Origin: a phage
DNA length: 64,000 nt
Sequence record: PZ386961.1
Reading direction: 5' to 3' (one strand)
Shown in pieces: positions 9,371 to 19,141 of the stretch. Every line of letters begins with the position of its first letter. Position 1 is the stretch's first letter. Under the pieces are notes generated by a model, which searched no databases, had not been told where the DNA came from, and saw only the letters and a list, made by a program, of their open reading frames with translations. Both the position numbers and the translations under genes were made by a program.

Positions 9371-10114
9371 TTAAACTTTAATGATGGCTCTTAGCTTGTT
9401 CTCAAGGTCTGCAAGAGTACCATTATTATGAATAATGTCACGCTCATATTTTGTAGAAATCCCATTTTCTGAAACATGTGATGAAACTTTGTCCACATTG
9501 TCTCTTTTTACTTCAATAGTTTGGTGTGCAAATCTACTCAACCATTCAGCTTCAGAGTCAAATCTTAAATCACTGATTAAGACAAAACCATATTGATTTC
9601 TAAGTGAGCACATTTCATGGAATCTAACCATTCTTTTTTCAAGGTCTTTAGACCAGAACTTGTCGCCCATTACTTTACGGACAACTTCAGTACCCCAAAT
9701 CTGTTGAATTTGTCTTGATGAGAATTTATACTTTTTGCTAAACCCCAGACGTGTCAATAGAGTCGGTTTAGCAACCTTCTTAAGCTCCATGATTAATCGT
9801 CCGGTTAACTCTGACATAAGCTTGAAGTCCATATGGTAACGTTCATCTCTGAAGGTGAACTCCATAGCTTCCGTAACTTTAAACATCAGTTCAGGATATG
9901 ATAAGTCAAAAACCTGTGGAGTCTCTTTAGTTTCACCGTACAGGTCATTCCAAGTCAAGTCAAATATCTTTGATGCAGATAGTTTAAGGTTGTCTGCAAA
10001 GGCCATTACAGCAACATTGTATCCGTACTCATCCTCTAAGATGTTCTTCACAATAGAACATGAGGTGTCTTTTCCAGAACGTGCCTTTCCAGTAAATGCT
10101 ATAATATTACTCAT
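9371..10114 (-). CDS. deoxynucleoside monophosphate kinase
   Basis: N-terminal P-loop IAFTGKARSGKDT matching T4 dNMP kinase GVKRSGKDT. Confidence 0.65.
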   Translation of the reverse strand: MSNIIAFTGKARSGKDTSCSIVKNILEDEYGYNVAVMAFADNLKLSASKIFDLTWNDLYGETKETPQVFDLSYPELMFKVTEAMEFTFRDERYHMDFKLMSELTGRLIMELKKVAKPTLLTRLGFSKKYKFSSRQIQQIWGTEVVRKVMGDKFWSKDLEKRMVRFHEMCSLRNQYGFVLISDLRFDSEAEWLSRFAHQTIEVKRDNVDKVSSHVSENGISTKYERDIIHNNGTLADLENKLRAIIKV

Positions 10115-10165
10115 TTTATCTCCATTAATTACTAAAAAGCCCCCAACTAAGGAGGCTTGTAAGAT

Positions 10166-10975
10166 TTATAAAGACTTAGTGTAGTTTCTCAGCAGACTCT
10201 TTTCAGCCATAGCTGAAAGTTGCTTCACAAAAGCATCACCGAAGTTAATGCGTAGTTTCTCTTCAATGATGGAAGCACCAATGTTCACCAAAACATCATT
10301 GATTGCTTGCATACTGACTCCGCCAGTCATCTCTTCAATGAACTCAATACTCACACCCATCATCTGTGAAAGTTGGATTAGTGCAACGATATTCATCATC
10401 GTAGATATAGCTGGAATCATCAGTGCAACTTTCACCTGAAGTGGTTCTATATCAGCTACAGAGTCATTTTCAACAGCTTCTTCCAAAGAATCCTTAGTTT
10501 GCTGGATAATCTCTTTGATTCGTGGGTTTAATTCTTCGACGCCCCAATCAAGTTTTTCATATCGTGAAAGTTTCTCTTCCATGCGCTTCTCAAGAACAGC
10601 CATAACAGCACTCGTTGATGAGATAAGCGTATCAATAATGAAATCAGTGTCCTTAGTCAGCAACAGTTCCTTATCTTCATCTGACATTCTGATATAGTCA
10701 TTCTTTTGCATTTCATAAAAAATGAACTCAGCAAGCGCATCAACACCAACTGCAATAGATGCCAGAGCAAGTGTAGTGTCTGTCAACATCATATTAACCT
10801 GTTCTGCAAAAGCACCGTTATCAGACTTGTCTTTAGGTAGGTTATAGCTTGCAGGCATAAACTGTTCTGTGTAGTTATTACCACGAAGAATCATAGCCAT
10901 GCTTTCTACGGCATTGATTAAAAATGCTTCGTCAATACCTTTTTCTTCAAGCATCTTTTCTACATCGATATTCAT
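10166..10975 (-). CDS. hypothetical protein
   Basis: 269-aa ORF. Confidence 0.5.
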   Translation of the reverse strand: MNIDVEKMLEEKGIDEAFLINAVESMAMILRGNNYTEQFMPASYNLPKDKSDNGAFAEQVNMMLTDTTLALASIAVGVDALAEFIFYEMQKNDYIRMSDEDKELLLTKDTDFIIDTLISSTSAVMAVLEKRMEEKLSRYEKLDWGVEELNPRIKEIIQQTKDSLEEAVENDSVADIEPLQVKVALMIPAISTMMNIVALIQLSQMMGVSIEFIEEMTGGVSMQAINDVLVNIGASIIEEKLRINFGDAFVKQLSAMAEKSLLRNYTKSL

Positions 10976-10976
10976 A

Positions 10977-11399
10977 TTATTTCTCTCTCAGTTGGTTAAG
11001 TTTCTTTCTAGAACATTTTAAGTTTTCGGATGAAGAAAAGTCAAGTGTCTTTTCAGAACGTGGATAATAGTGCCTATCCCAAGAAGTTTCAACATCGTTA
11101 ATCAGTGATGCTAGATTACACAGGTCTGTACCACTTTGCAACCTCTTTTTAAGAGAATCTAGTAAAGCAACTGTATCTTTAGCTTTACGTCTCGCTGTAG
11201 CAACATCTTTCATATGCTCAAATACAGAGCATTTTAAGTCATCTTCATAGTTTTCAGACAACTCTATTTCATGTTGTATATCAACCATTCTCCTGTGATG
11301 GTGAGCATATTCCCGTTGAGCAGCAATGTCAAGTTCTTCCAACTTCTGCAAAGCTCTAACGAAGTCAGCTATGTCTGGGTGAACAAACATTTTCTGCAT
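10977..11399 (-). CDS. hypothetical protein
   Basis: 140-aa ORF, last gene before divergent intergenic region. Confidence 0.5.
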   Translation of the reverse strand: MQKMFVHPDIADFVRALQKLEELDIAAQREYAHHHRRMVDIQHEIELSENYEDDLKCSVFEHMKDVATARRKAKDTVALLDSLKKRLQSGTDLCNLASLINDVETSWDRHYYPRSEKTLDFSSSENLKCSRKKLNQLREK

Positions 11400-11574
11400 G
11401 TAAGCCTCTTTTAAGTAACTATTAAGTTTTAATCTTTTATCTTAACGTATTCTATACGTTATACTTTAAAGCTTTTTAAAAGCTATTAAACAATCTTTTA
11501 AGAGTTTTAAAGTATCTGTATAGTTAAACTGTTAAGTAACCTTTTAAGTAAAAACCCACTTCGCAAAGATTAAC

Positions 11575-11597
11575 ACCTTGTCAAGTACATTGTCAAC
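11575..11597 (+). promoter_or_regulatory. conserved 23-bp motif ACCTTGTCAAGTACATTGTCAAC (two TTGTCAA half-sites)
   Basis: Near-identical copy at 54077..54099; both upstream of first gene of a plus-strand operon. Confidence 0.5.
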
Positions 11598-11656
11598 TTG
11601 CTTTTTATAATTTTTTGCAGTAATGTATGAGGTTAATGATTTTAGAGGGAGTAAAA

Positions 11657-14356
11657 ATGGAAAACGTAGATTTTAAAAACTTACATTTAGTTGGTGATAC
11701 AGAAACTGATGGTTTACTCCTTGAGTTCACTAAAGTTCACGTAATGGCTTTTGCAGACTATAAATCTGACGATGAAGAGCCACCTGTATGGGTCTTTACA
11801 GATGAGCCTATCCTCGGTCACAAGTACACTAAGTACATTAAGGGTGGTTTACGTGAAGGTGTTGAGTTTGCGTTAAAGGCAAAACGACTTTGTATCCATA
11901 ATGGCCTCGGTTATGACTGGTGGGTTTTCAATCACATTGCACCGGATTTATGGAACTTTGATAATCCAAAATGTAAGCCGTGGAGTAATTTCTTTCAGGA
12001 TTCTCTTATTCAGTCTCGTGTTCAGTGGATGGATAGGCCAACTCCAAAAGGCTATAAAGGTGCTCATGGCTTGGCTGCATGGGGTGCTCGTGTTGGTGTT
12101 CGTAAACCAGAGATTGAACATTGGGGTGTGTGGGATGCAGAAATCTTCACTCGTGTTGTAGAAGATATCCGTATTAACGCCAAAACTAAACGGGCACTTG
12201 ATAATGAGTATCTCAAGCTTAAGAAGTGTGGCATAGATACTTATGAAACCTATATGCGAGCTAAAGAAACATCTTTCTGGATGAGTCAACAAGCTATCAA
12301 TGGTTGGAAAGCTGATAAGGAGCTTATGGAGTTTCATGTAAAGGAACTTGACAAGTTGACTAATGAGCTTGCTTCAGAAGTTGAACCACATCTTCCTCCA
12401 ACTATTAAGACCAAAGGTAAAGTCACTGGAGAAGAGTTTGCAAAAGCTTGGAATGAGTATGTTGAAGCATTCGGTCATGCAGATGGACTGAAGAGAATTA
12501 CCAAGTACCCTAAGACAAAGTACCGTCAGCAGGTACGTAACGGTGAGATGCAGACATACGAAATCAAGCCATTTGGTAAGCCAACTACAAAGATTTTTAA
12601 CATTGAAAAGAGAAATTGCTACACCCCAACCAACCCTGTAACTGGTGAAGAGTACAAGGAAGGCTTTGTAGCAATGAAGGATGCTCGTGCAATTTGCAAT
12701 GAGTTGAATGCAAAGATTGGTAAGAAATGCAAAGACTGGAAGCCAGTGAAAACAGTCAAAACTGTGAAGTACTATAACAGTCACGTTGTTAACCACTTTG
12801 AACTTGAGTCAAGTCGCTACACAGGTTTGATTGATGCACCATATACACCAATTGAGTTCGAAGTTTCTCGCATGACTCAGGTAGCAGTTGTTAAAGACTA
12901 CTTGAAATCAGTTGGTTGGATTCCAGATGACTGGAACTACAAGAAAGACTCAGATGGTCGCCCTGTCAAAGTTTGTCGTTTCAAAGACAATAAAAAGATG
13001 ATTACAAAACATCCTAAGTGGCAGGAAATGGTTGAGCGGTGTGGTTTGAGTTATGTTGAACATGAAGGTGTTCAGTACATTGAGCATAACTGGTCCGTGA
13101 AGAAATACACAGATTTGCTTGAACCTTGCTTAATCCGTACTTCACCAAAACTTACTGAATCATCTTATGATACGATTGAAGGTGAGCTTGGACAGAAGAT
13201 TGCTAAGTACTACACTTTGATGCACAGACGCAGAACTATTGAGAACTCAAAGGATGACGAGAAAGGTTGGCTGAACCAGATTCGTCCAGATGGTCGCCTT
13301 AGTGCTGGTGCAATGGTATTTGGTACTTCAACTGGACGTATGACACAATATGGTATTGTAAACGTACCGTCTGGTGCTGCTGTCTATGGGGAACCAATGA
13401 GGGCAGTGTGGATTTGTGAAGAAGGTACAGATATCATCTCCGTAGACCAAAACTCAGCCCAGCTAGTTCTTCTTTGTAACTTTATGGGTGATGAAGACTT
13501 CACTAAAGCGGTAACTGAGGGTAAAGAGTCAGTTGAGTTCACTAAGCAAGATGATGGTAGATACTACTGCAAGCATCTTGACAAGTATCTTAACCCAGAA
13601 ACTGACAAGTATCTGCGTTATGATGCTGAGAATGACCTCTATGAAGTCTACACAGGTACTGATGCACATACACTGAACAGTATTTACTTTGGTTTGAACA
13701 AGGAAGAAGATATTGTTCGTTGTAGGGAGACACAGGATGAGGAACTTCTTCACGAGATTACAAAAGGCCGTAAGAAGGCTAAGAATGGTATCTACGCCCT
13801 GTTATTTGGAGCCGGAGACGAGAAGTTTGCAAAAACTATCAAGGCATCATCTACGGAAGAAGGTGCATTGACTAAACAAACTTACTTTGTGCGTCTGCCT
13901 AAGATTAAAAAGCTTCTGGACAGGTTAGAGGAAGACTTCAAAGCAACTAAGAAAGCACTTGAAGAGGTTTTCGGAAAAACTTCTGCAATTGCCAAAGGTG
14001 GCTATATCAAAGTTGCTGGAGCGTGGTTATGGTGTAAATCTCCACATAAGTTATTGAATTACACACTTATGGGCAGTGAGGCGCAGGTGCAGAATGAGGG
14101 TATTAACTTGGCTAACAGAGAGTTAACAGAGCGCAAGCTTACAGTTCTAAATGGTAGGAAGCCCGCTATTGGTGCTAGGTGGGTCTGTAGTTACCACGAT
14201 GAGGTCTCTTTAGAGGTTCCAACCAAAGATGTACCTGATGTTAAGGAAATTATTGATAGAATGTATGGTCAAGCATCAAAAAATCTTGGATTAAAGAGTA
14301 AGACGCTTGTTACAGGCACTGGTAAGGTAGGTAAGACATGGTACGCCGTACACTAA
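11657..14356 (+). CDS. DNA polymerase, family A (T7-like, with 3'-5' exonuclease domain)
   Basis: Exo I motif GDTETDGL, motif A DQNSAQL, motif B KKAKNGIYALLFG, motif C YHDE; start chosen at ATG 11657 after RBS GAGGGAG. Confidence 0.9.
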   Translation: MENVDFKNLHLVGDTETDGLLLEFTKVHVMAFADYKSDDEEPPVWVFTDEPILGHKYTKYIKGGLREGVEFALKAKRLCIHNGLGYDWWVFNHIAPDLWNFDNPKCKPWSNFFQDSLIQSRVQWMDRPTPKGYKGAHGLAAWGARVGVRKPEIEHWGVWDAEIFTRVVEDIRINAKTKRALDNEYLKLKKCGIDTYETYMRAKETSFWMSQQAINGWKADKELMEFHVKELDKLTNELASEVEPHLPPTIKTKGKVTGEEFAKAWNEYVEAFGHADGLKRITKYPKTKYRQQVRNGEMQTYEIKPFGKPTTKIFNIEKRNCYTPTNPVTGEEYKEGFVAMKDARAICNELNAKIGKKCKDWKPVKTVKTVKYYNSHVVNHFELESSRYTGLIDAPYTPIEFEVSRMTQVAVVKDYLKSVGWIPDDWNYKKDSDGRPVKVCRFKDNKKMITKHPKWQEMVERCGLSYVEHEGVQYIEHNWSVKKYTDLLEPCLIRTSPKLTESSYDTIEGELGQKIAKYYTLMHRRRTIENSKDDEKGWLNQIRPDGRLSAGAMVFGTSTGRMTQYGIVNVPSGAAVYGEPMRAVWICEEGTDIISVDQNSAQLVLLCNFMGDEDFTKAVTEGKESVEFTKQDDGRYYCKHLDKYLNPETDKYLRYDAENDLYEVYTGTDAHTLNSIYFGLNKEEDIVRCRETQDEELLHEITKGRKKAKNGIYALLFGAGDEKFAKTIKASSTEEGALTKQTYFVRLPKIKKLLDRLEEDFKATKKALEEVFGKTSAIAKGGYIKVAGAWLWCKSPHKLLNYTLMGSEAQVQNEGINLANRELTERKLTVLNGRKPAIGARWVCSYHDEVSLEVPTKDVPDVKEIIDRMYGQASKNLGLKSKTLVTGTGKVGKTWYAVH

Positions 14357-14841
14357 CACTTCAAGATTACAAGGATAATTTTATTTACGACCCCGACAAA
14401 GGGGTCTTCTACAACAAGTATGACAGGAATAGACAAGCTAAAGCTGGGCAGATTGCAGGAGGTGCTGATGCTTACGGTTACAAAGTACTTAAATTCAAAG
14501 ATGTCGTAATAAAAATTCATCACCTCGTTTGGTGGTTCGAACATGGTTACAAACCCACTAAGATGATAGACCACATTGATGGTAACAGAAGTAATAATCA
14601 CATTGCTAATCTTAGGGAGACTGATAAATACGGAAATGCACAAAATAGAATAAAGCAGACGACTAATAAATCAGGTTACAAGGGTGTACATTACTTTAAA
14701 GACTGTAATAAGTGGAGGGCAGCTATAACATGCAGAGGTAAAAGGACATCACTTGGTTTATTTGACACACCAGAAGAAGCCCATAAAGCTTACTGTGAAG
14801 CTGCTATTAAACTCCACGGAGAGTTTGCAAAACTAAGTTGA
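14338..14841 (+). CDS. HNH homing endonuclease with AP2-like domain
   Basis: IDHIDGNRSNNHIANLRETDKYGN HNH motif and YKGVHYFKDCNKWRAAI AP2-like; overlaps polymerase stop. Confidence 0.75.
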   Translation: MVRRTLTLQDYKDNFIYDPDKGVFYNKYDRNRQAKAGQIAGGADAYGYKVLKFKDVVIKIHHLVWWFEHGYKPTKMIDHIDGNRSNNHIANLRETDKYGNAQNRIKQTTNKSGYKGVHYFKDCNKWRAAITCRGKRTSLGLFDTPEEAHKAYCEAAIKLHGEFAKLS

Positions 14842-14892
14842 CAAGGTGCTCAGGGAAGAGTACCTTATACTACATCTTGTATAGGAGGGCTT

Positions 14893-15102
14893 ATGAGTCA
14901 CCGTGGAAGAACCCATGCAGCAATGATGAAAGGTGCTTCAAAGGAAACTATTAAGAACCGTAAGCAGAAGTTGTTTGAGAGGATGAACAGGTTAATTGAT
15001 AACTCATCTCTTTCAGGTTCTGAGAAGGTTTTCTTGAAAGGTAATCTGAAAAGCATTGCACAAGAACTTATTGATATTGAGTATTGGAGACATCAAAAAT
15101 GA
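14893..15102 (+). CDS. hypothetical protein
   Basis: 69 aa, ATG preceded by AGGAGGG. Confidence 0.5.
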   Translation: MSHRGRTHAAMMKGASKETIKNRKQKLFERMNRLIDNSSLSGSEKVFLKGNLKSIAQELIDIEYWRHQK

Positions 15103-15317
15103 CACTTTCAGACGTTATTCAGCAACTTCGCGACAACTGCTACACCACAGAGTTGATTCAAGAGATGCTTATTGTGGTAATGCCTAGTAAGTTCTTAAAA
15201 GGTTTTAATCGTGAGGCTTTAAAGGTCGCGCATATCCTTATCGTTGACGGTAAGATTGCAAGAGACCGTACAGGTGTTCTTAAGGGTGAACGTATTGATA
15301 TTCTGGAGTTGATATGA
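15099..15317 (+). CDS. hypothetical protein
   Basis: Internal ATG of track ORF 15084..15317, ATGA coupling with upstream gene. Confidence 0.45.
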   Translation: MTLSDVIQQLRDNCYTTELIQEMLIVVMPSKFLKGFNREALKVAHILIVDGKIARDRTGVLKGERIDILELI

Positions 15318-15449
15318 AGAAAATGTACAGCCTCTGGGGAAGGGTTGGTAAAGGTTTTGACTGGACACTTCTTCGTTCAAACGTTAAACGTAGTGAATTA
15401 CCAGAACTCATCACTCACTATTTAAAAACATACAGAGAGATAGACTATC

Positions 15450-15707
15450 GTGAACAATAAGGTTAAGATTTGTGTGAAAGCAATGGTTGCACTTGGAGTA
15501 ATTTTTCTATCTGGCTGCAACCCATCTTATGAAAACAAAGATGCTTCTTACAGCCTTCCTCCAGAGATGCAAGACTGCAAAATCTACAAACTCAATGGTG
15601 ATGCTATAAGCAGAGATATTGTTGTTGTAAGATGTCCAAATTCTCAAACAACAACATCTTACAACTATGGCAAAAATGGACAATCACACACTACGGTTAT
15701 TGAGTGA
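15450..15707 (+). CDS. putative lipoprotein
   Basis: N-terminal signal peptide with lipobox LSGC. Confidence 0.5.
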   Translation: MNNKVKICVKAMVALGVIFLSGCNPSYENKDASYSLPPEMQDCKIYKLNGDAISRDIVVVRCPNSQTTTSYNYGKNGQSHTTVIE

Positions 15708-15718
15708 GGTTTTCGCGA

Positions 15719-15924
15719 TGGAAGTCTTAGTAAACTACATCTATTGTTATGATGTTGTTCACTCCACTACAACGGTAGCTCAACGTAATCCAATCATCCC
15801 ACGAGAAGGTGAGTTGGTTCGCATTGATGGTTGGACTTACACTGTGGAGAGCATCATTCATAAGTTTGATGTTGCTGGTGATGTTCAAGTTATTGATGTA
15901 GAGATTGGAGGTAAGAGAAAATGA
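15719..15924 (+). CDS. hypothetical protein
   Basis: ATG with upstream GAGG; track ORF starts earlier at non-ATG codon. Confidence 0.4.
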
Positions 15925-16139
15925 CTGTAGAAGATAAATTTAAGAACGCAGTTCTTACAGAAGATGGTGAGCTTGAAACATTCATTCTTCGTGTTGATGG
16001 TAAGTTATTCCGGTGTCGTTGTGGGTCAAACTGTTTCCATAAACCAGATAAAAACGACTTAGAGCTTTACGCATGTAATGCTTGCAACACTTGGTATCAC
16101 TCAGAGGTTAAAAATGACAATTCTGTACAAACAAAATAA
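15921..16139 (+). CDS. zinc-ribbon protein
   Basis: CRCGSNC...CNACN paired cysteine motifs. Confidence 0.45.
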   Translation: MTVEDKFKNAVLTEDGELETFILRVDGKLFRCRCGSNCFHKPDKNDLELYACNACNTWYHSEVKNDNSVQTK

Positions 16140-17217
16140 AGATGGTTCCTTCAACGTCTGGTCATGTGTTGCTGTAGGTGACAAAGTTATCACAACCTAT
16201 GGTAAAGAAAATGGCAAGATGATGTTTGAAGAGTACACAGCAGAGCCTAAGAACATCGGTAAAAAGAATGAGCGTAACGCTGAACAGCAAGCTCTCTTTG
16301 AAGTTACTGCTAAGTATAAAAAGCAAGTTGACCGTAAAGGTTATGCTTACACAAAAGAATCTGCACAGAACACTGAGAAGGTAGGTGTACAACTTGCTCA
16401 CGATGCTGCAAAGGTTAGCCATGCAAAGTATCTGAAGTTCCCTGCTGATGCTCAACCAAAACTTGATGGTGTCCGTTGTAGAATTTCAAGACACTTGAGT
16501 ATTGGCAGTGTATTTACAGCATATTCTCGTGAGAATACTGTTTACAAAATCCCTACTGAACTAATACCTGACATTATGGCAATGTTAAGGCTCCACAAAG
16601 ATGTTGATGAATTTGATGGAGAGATTTATGCTCATGGGTGGGACTTAGAAGATATCGTCTCCATGATTAAAAATGAAGACAATCCTGACCGACATCTACT
16701 CAAGTTTTACTGGTATGATATCTGTGACAGTACTAAGACGTGGCCTGAGCGTAGAGATATCATTGAGACTTCACCATTGAATGACTTTAGAGATGGCTGT
16801 AAAGTTGTCCCTGTTAAGTCTCGTCGTGTAAATTCTTGGGAAGAGTTTGATGAAGCTCATGATAAGTGGGTTGAAGCTAAGTTTGAAGGTGCAATGTACC
16901 GTTCAATCTCTGAAGACTCCTTCTATGAGTGTTGTCACCGTTCATACTTCTTGATTAAGCACAAGAAGATGCACACTGAAGAGTTTAAAGTGACTGGTGT
17001 CAAGACCGATAAACGTGGGCATGGTAAGTTCGTTGTAGAGACTCTTCCTAACGTCTTTGTAGATGTTTCATGGAAAACTACACACGAGAAGAAACAGTAT
17101 CTTGCTGAACATCCTGAAGAGTTTATCGGGAAACCTTTAACGGTTCAGTTCCAGAAGATGACTCGTAAGGGTTCTTTACAGTTTCCTGTTGGGCTAGTTA
17201 TTAGGGATTATGAGTAA
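16114..17217 (+). CDS. ATP-dependent DNA ligase
   Basis: Motif I KLDGVR, motif III FDGEIY, motif IV EGAMYR, motif V LIKHKK; start set at ATG 16114. Confidence 0.8.
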   Translation: MTILYKQNKDGSFNVWSCVAVGDKVITTYGKENGKMMFEEYTAEPKNIGKKNERNAEQQALFEVTAKYKKQVDRKGYAYTKESAQNTEKVGVQLAHDAAKVSHAKYLKFPADAQPKLDGVRCRISRHLSIGSVFTAYSRENTVYKIPTELIPDIMAMLRLHKDVDEFDGEIYAHGWDLEDIVSMIKNEDNPDRHLLKFYWYDICDSTKTWPERRDIIETSPLNDFRDGCKVVPVKSRRVNSWEEFDEAHDKWVEAKFEGAMYRSISEDSFYECCHRSYFLIKHKKMHTEEFKVTGVKTDKRGHGKFVVETLPNVFVDVSWKTTHEKKQYLAEHPEEFIGKPLTVQFQKMTRKGSLQFPVGLVIRDYE

Positions 17218-17220
17218 ACT

Positions 17221-17367
17221 ATGTTCAGTACAGTCATTTTGTTTATACTGGTTGTCTTTGTATTGTCATACGTTGCAAGTAAGCTTTTGGACACATCTTT
17301 TGCAATGGGTGTCTTGTTTACAATCTTTTGTTTCGTGACGCATATAGCTATCAGAACTTTTTTATAA
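17221..17367 (+). CDS. small hydrophobic protein (48 aa), below ORF-track cutoff
   Basis: ATG 4 nt after ligase stop; predicted single-pass membrane peptide. Confidence 0.3.
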   Translation: MFSTVILFILVVFVLSYVASKLLDTSFAMGVLFTIFCFVTHIAIRTFL

Positions 17368-17373
17368 AAGTTG

Positions 17374-17401
17374 TTGACATAGAAAATTTGGTGAGTATAC
17401 T
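17374..17401 (+). promoter_or_regulatory. sigma70-like promoter TTGACA-N16-TATACT
   Basis: Hexamers read directly; lies immediately upstream of repeat element E1-A. Confidence 0.5.
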
Positions 17402-17434
17402 GAGCAGCATAAACCGACGGGTACTCACCAGCAT

Positions 17435-17581
17435 CACTTAAGAGTCTTTTAAAAGGGTTTTTAAGTGATGTCCGGTCGGGTGAGGTAGGGTTAAGTATTG
17501 TCCGGTACGGTAGGGTAAAGTACGGTACGGTAAGGTAAAGTAGGGTATGGGTAGTTAGTCTCAGCTACATTAAAATGAGAC
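17435..17581 (+). repeat. structured repeat element E1-A (header, NGGTN pentamer array, terminal hairpin); candidate ncRNA
   Basis: Header cacttaagagtcttttaaaagggtttttaagtga, ~80 nt of GGTAN-type pentamers, hairpin gtctca/tgagac with loop gctacattaaaa; paralog at 18987..19122. Confidence 0.6.
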
Positions 17582-17582
17582 T

Positions 17583-17715
17583 TACCTTTTTAAAAGGTCT
17601 TTAAAGAGGGTCTTTTAATGAGGTCTGGCGCGGTAGGGTCTGGTCTTGTCCGGTCGGGTATGGCATGGTGTTGTGAGGTATGGGTGGATGGTAGTAGCCA
17701 CGTTAAAAATCTACC
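17583..17715 (+). repeat. structured repeat element E2-A (header, G/T-rich array, terminal hairpin); candidate ncRNA
   Basis: Header ttttaaaaggtctttaaagagggtcttttaatgagg, G/T-rich tract, hairpin ggtag/ctacc with loop tagccacgttaaaaat; paralog at 18852..18986. Confidence 0.6.
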
Positions 17716-17773
17716 AAGTTTCTAAAGAGTCTTCTGTTGAGGGTTCTTTACAAACAACTTAACAATCAACTAA

Positions 17774-18379
<606 letters not shown>

Positions 18380-18381
18380 TT

Positions 18382-18822
18382 ATGAATACAAAAGCATTAG
18401 CAGCAAAGTTTAGTTACGGTGACACTGTATCACACTCTGAGATGGACACCTTCTTAGGTATTGTGAAGCCAACTTATCAAGGTGACATTGTTAAGTACGA
18501 AGATGAAATGAAGGCTTATGCGCTTACACGTCTAAACCGACTTGAGAAGTTTATTGAGAAGCTTCTTAAAGAAGAGAAGATTTATCTGGTTGCTTCAATG
18601 GGTGTTGGTTATCGTGTGGTTGAACCTAAGCATCAAGCAACTATTGCAAAACGCAAAATGTCTGGTAAGATTGGTCGTGCTTTAAAGCAAGCCACTCAAG
18701 CGATTGAGAATGTGAACACTATGGCACTTAGTCATCAAGAACGTTCACGACTGATTGAACAGCAAAATCACTTAGCTGCTATGAAAGCTAATATTAACAA
18801 GCAACGCAGAAAACCTTTCTAA
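18382..18822 (+). CDS. hypothetical protein (flanked by repeat elements)
   Basis: 146 aa from ATG 18382, coupled to upstream gene. Confidence 0.5.
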   Translation: MNTKALAAKFSYGDTVSHSEMDTFLGIVKPTYQGDIVKYEDEMKAYALTRLNRLEKFIEKLLKEEKIYLVASMGVGYRVVEPKHQATIAKRKMSGKIGRALKQATQAIENVNTMALSHQERSRLIEQQNHLAAMKANINKQRRKPF

Positions 18823-18833
18823 GTTGACTAGGT

Positions 18834-18856
18834 AGCCTCTTCGGAGGCTCCTTTTT
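18834..18856 (+). terminator. rho-independent terminator (agcctc-ttcg-gaggct plus T5)
   Basis: GC hairpin with ttcg loop and T-run just after stop at 18822. Confidence 0.6.
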
Positions 18857-18986
18857 AAAAGGTCTTTAAAGAAGGTCTTTTAATAAGGTAAGGCACGGTT
18901 ATGTCAGGTATGGTACGGTACGGTTAGGTAAGGTGAGGCGGAGTAAGGTATGGGTAGTTAATCGGAGCTACATTAAAATTCGATTA
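18852..18986 (+). repeat. structured repeat element E2-B; candidate ncRNA
   Basis: Header nearly identical to E2-A, NGGTN array, hairpin taatcg/cgatta with loop gagctacattaaaat. Confidence 0.6.
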
Positions 18987-19122
18987 CATCACTTAAGAGT
19001 CTTTTAAGAGGGTTTTTAAGTGAGGTGTGGCACGGTAATGTTAGGTAGGGTCAGGTCAGGTCAGGTGAGGTAAGGTAAGGTGATGTATGGAAGGATGGCA
19101 GTAGCCTTATAAAAAATCTGCC
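18987..19122 (+). repeat. structured repeat element E1-B; candidate ncRNA
   Basis: Header nearly identical to E1-A, CAGGT/AAGGT pentamer array, hairpin ggcag/ctgcc with loop tagccttataaaaaat. Confidence 0.6.
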
Positions 19123-19141
19123 AAATAAGCTATAAAATCTG

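Noticed and set aside
11901-13753. ORFs on either strand inside the DNA polymerase gene (11901-12161, 11948-12337, 12374-12796, 13529-13753)
   Set aside because: Embedded in the polymerase reading frame region, which has conserved family A motifs.
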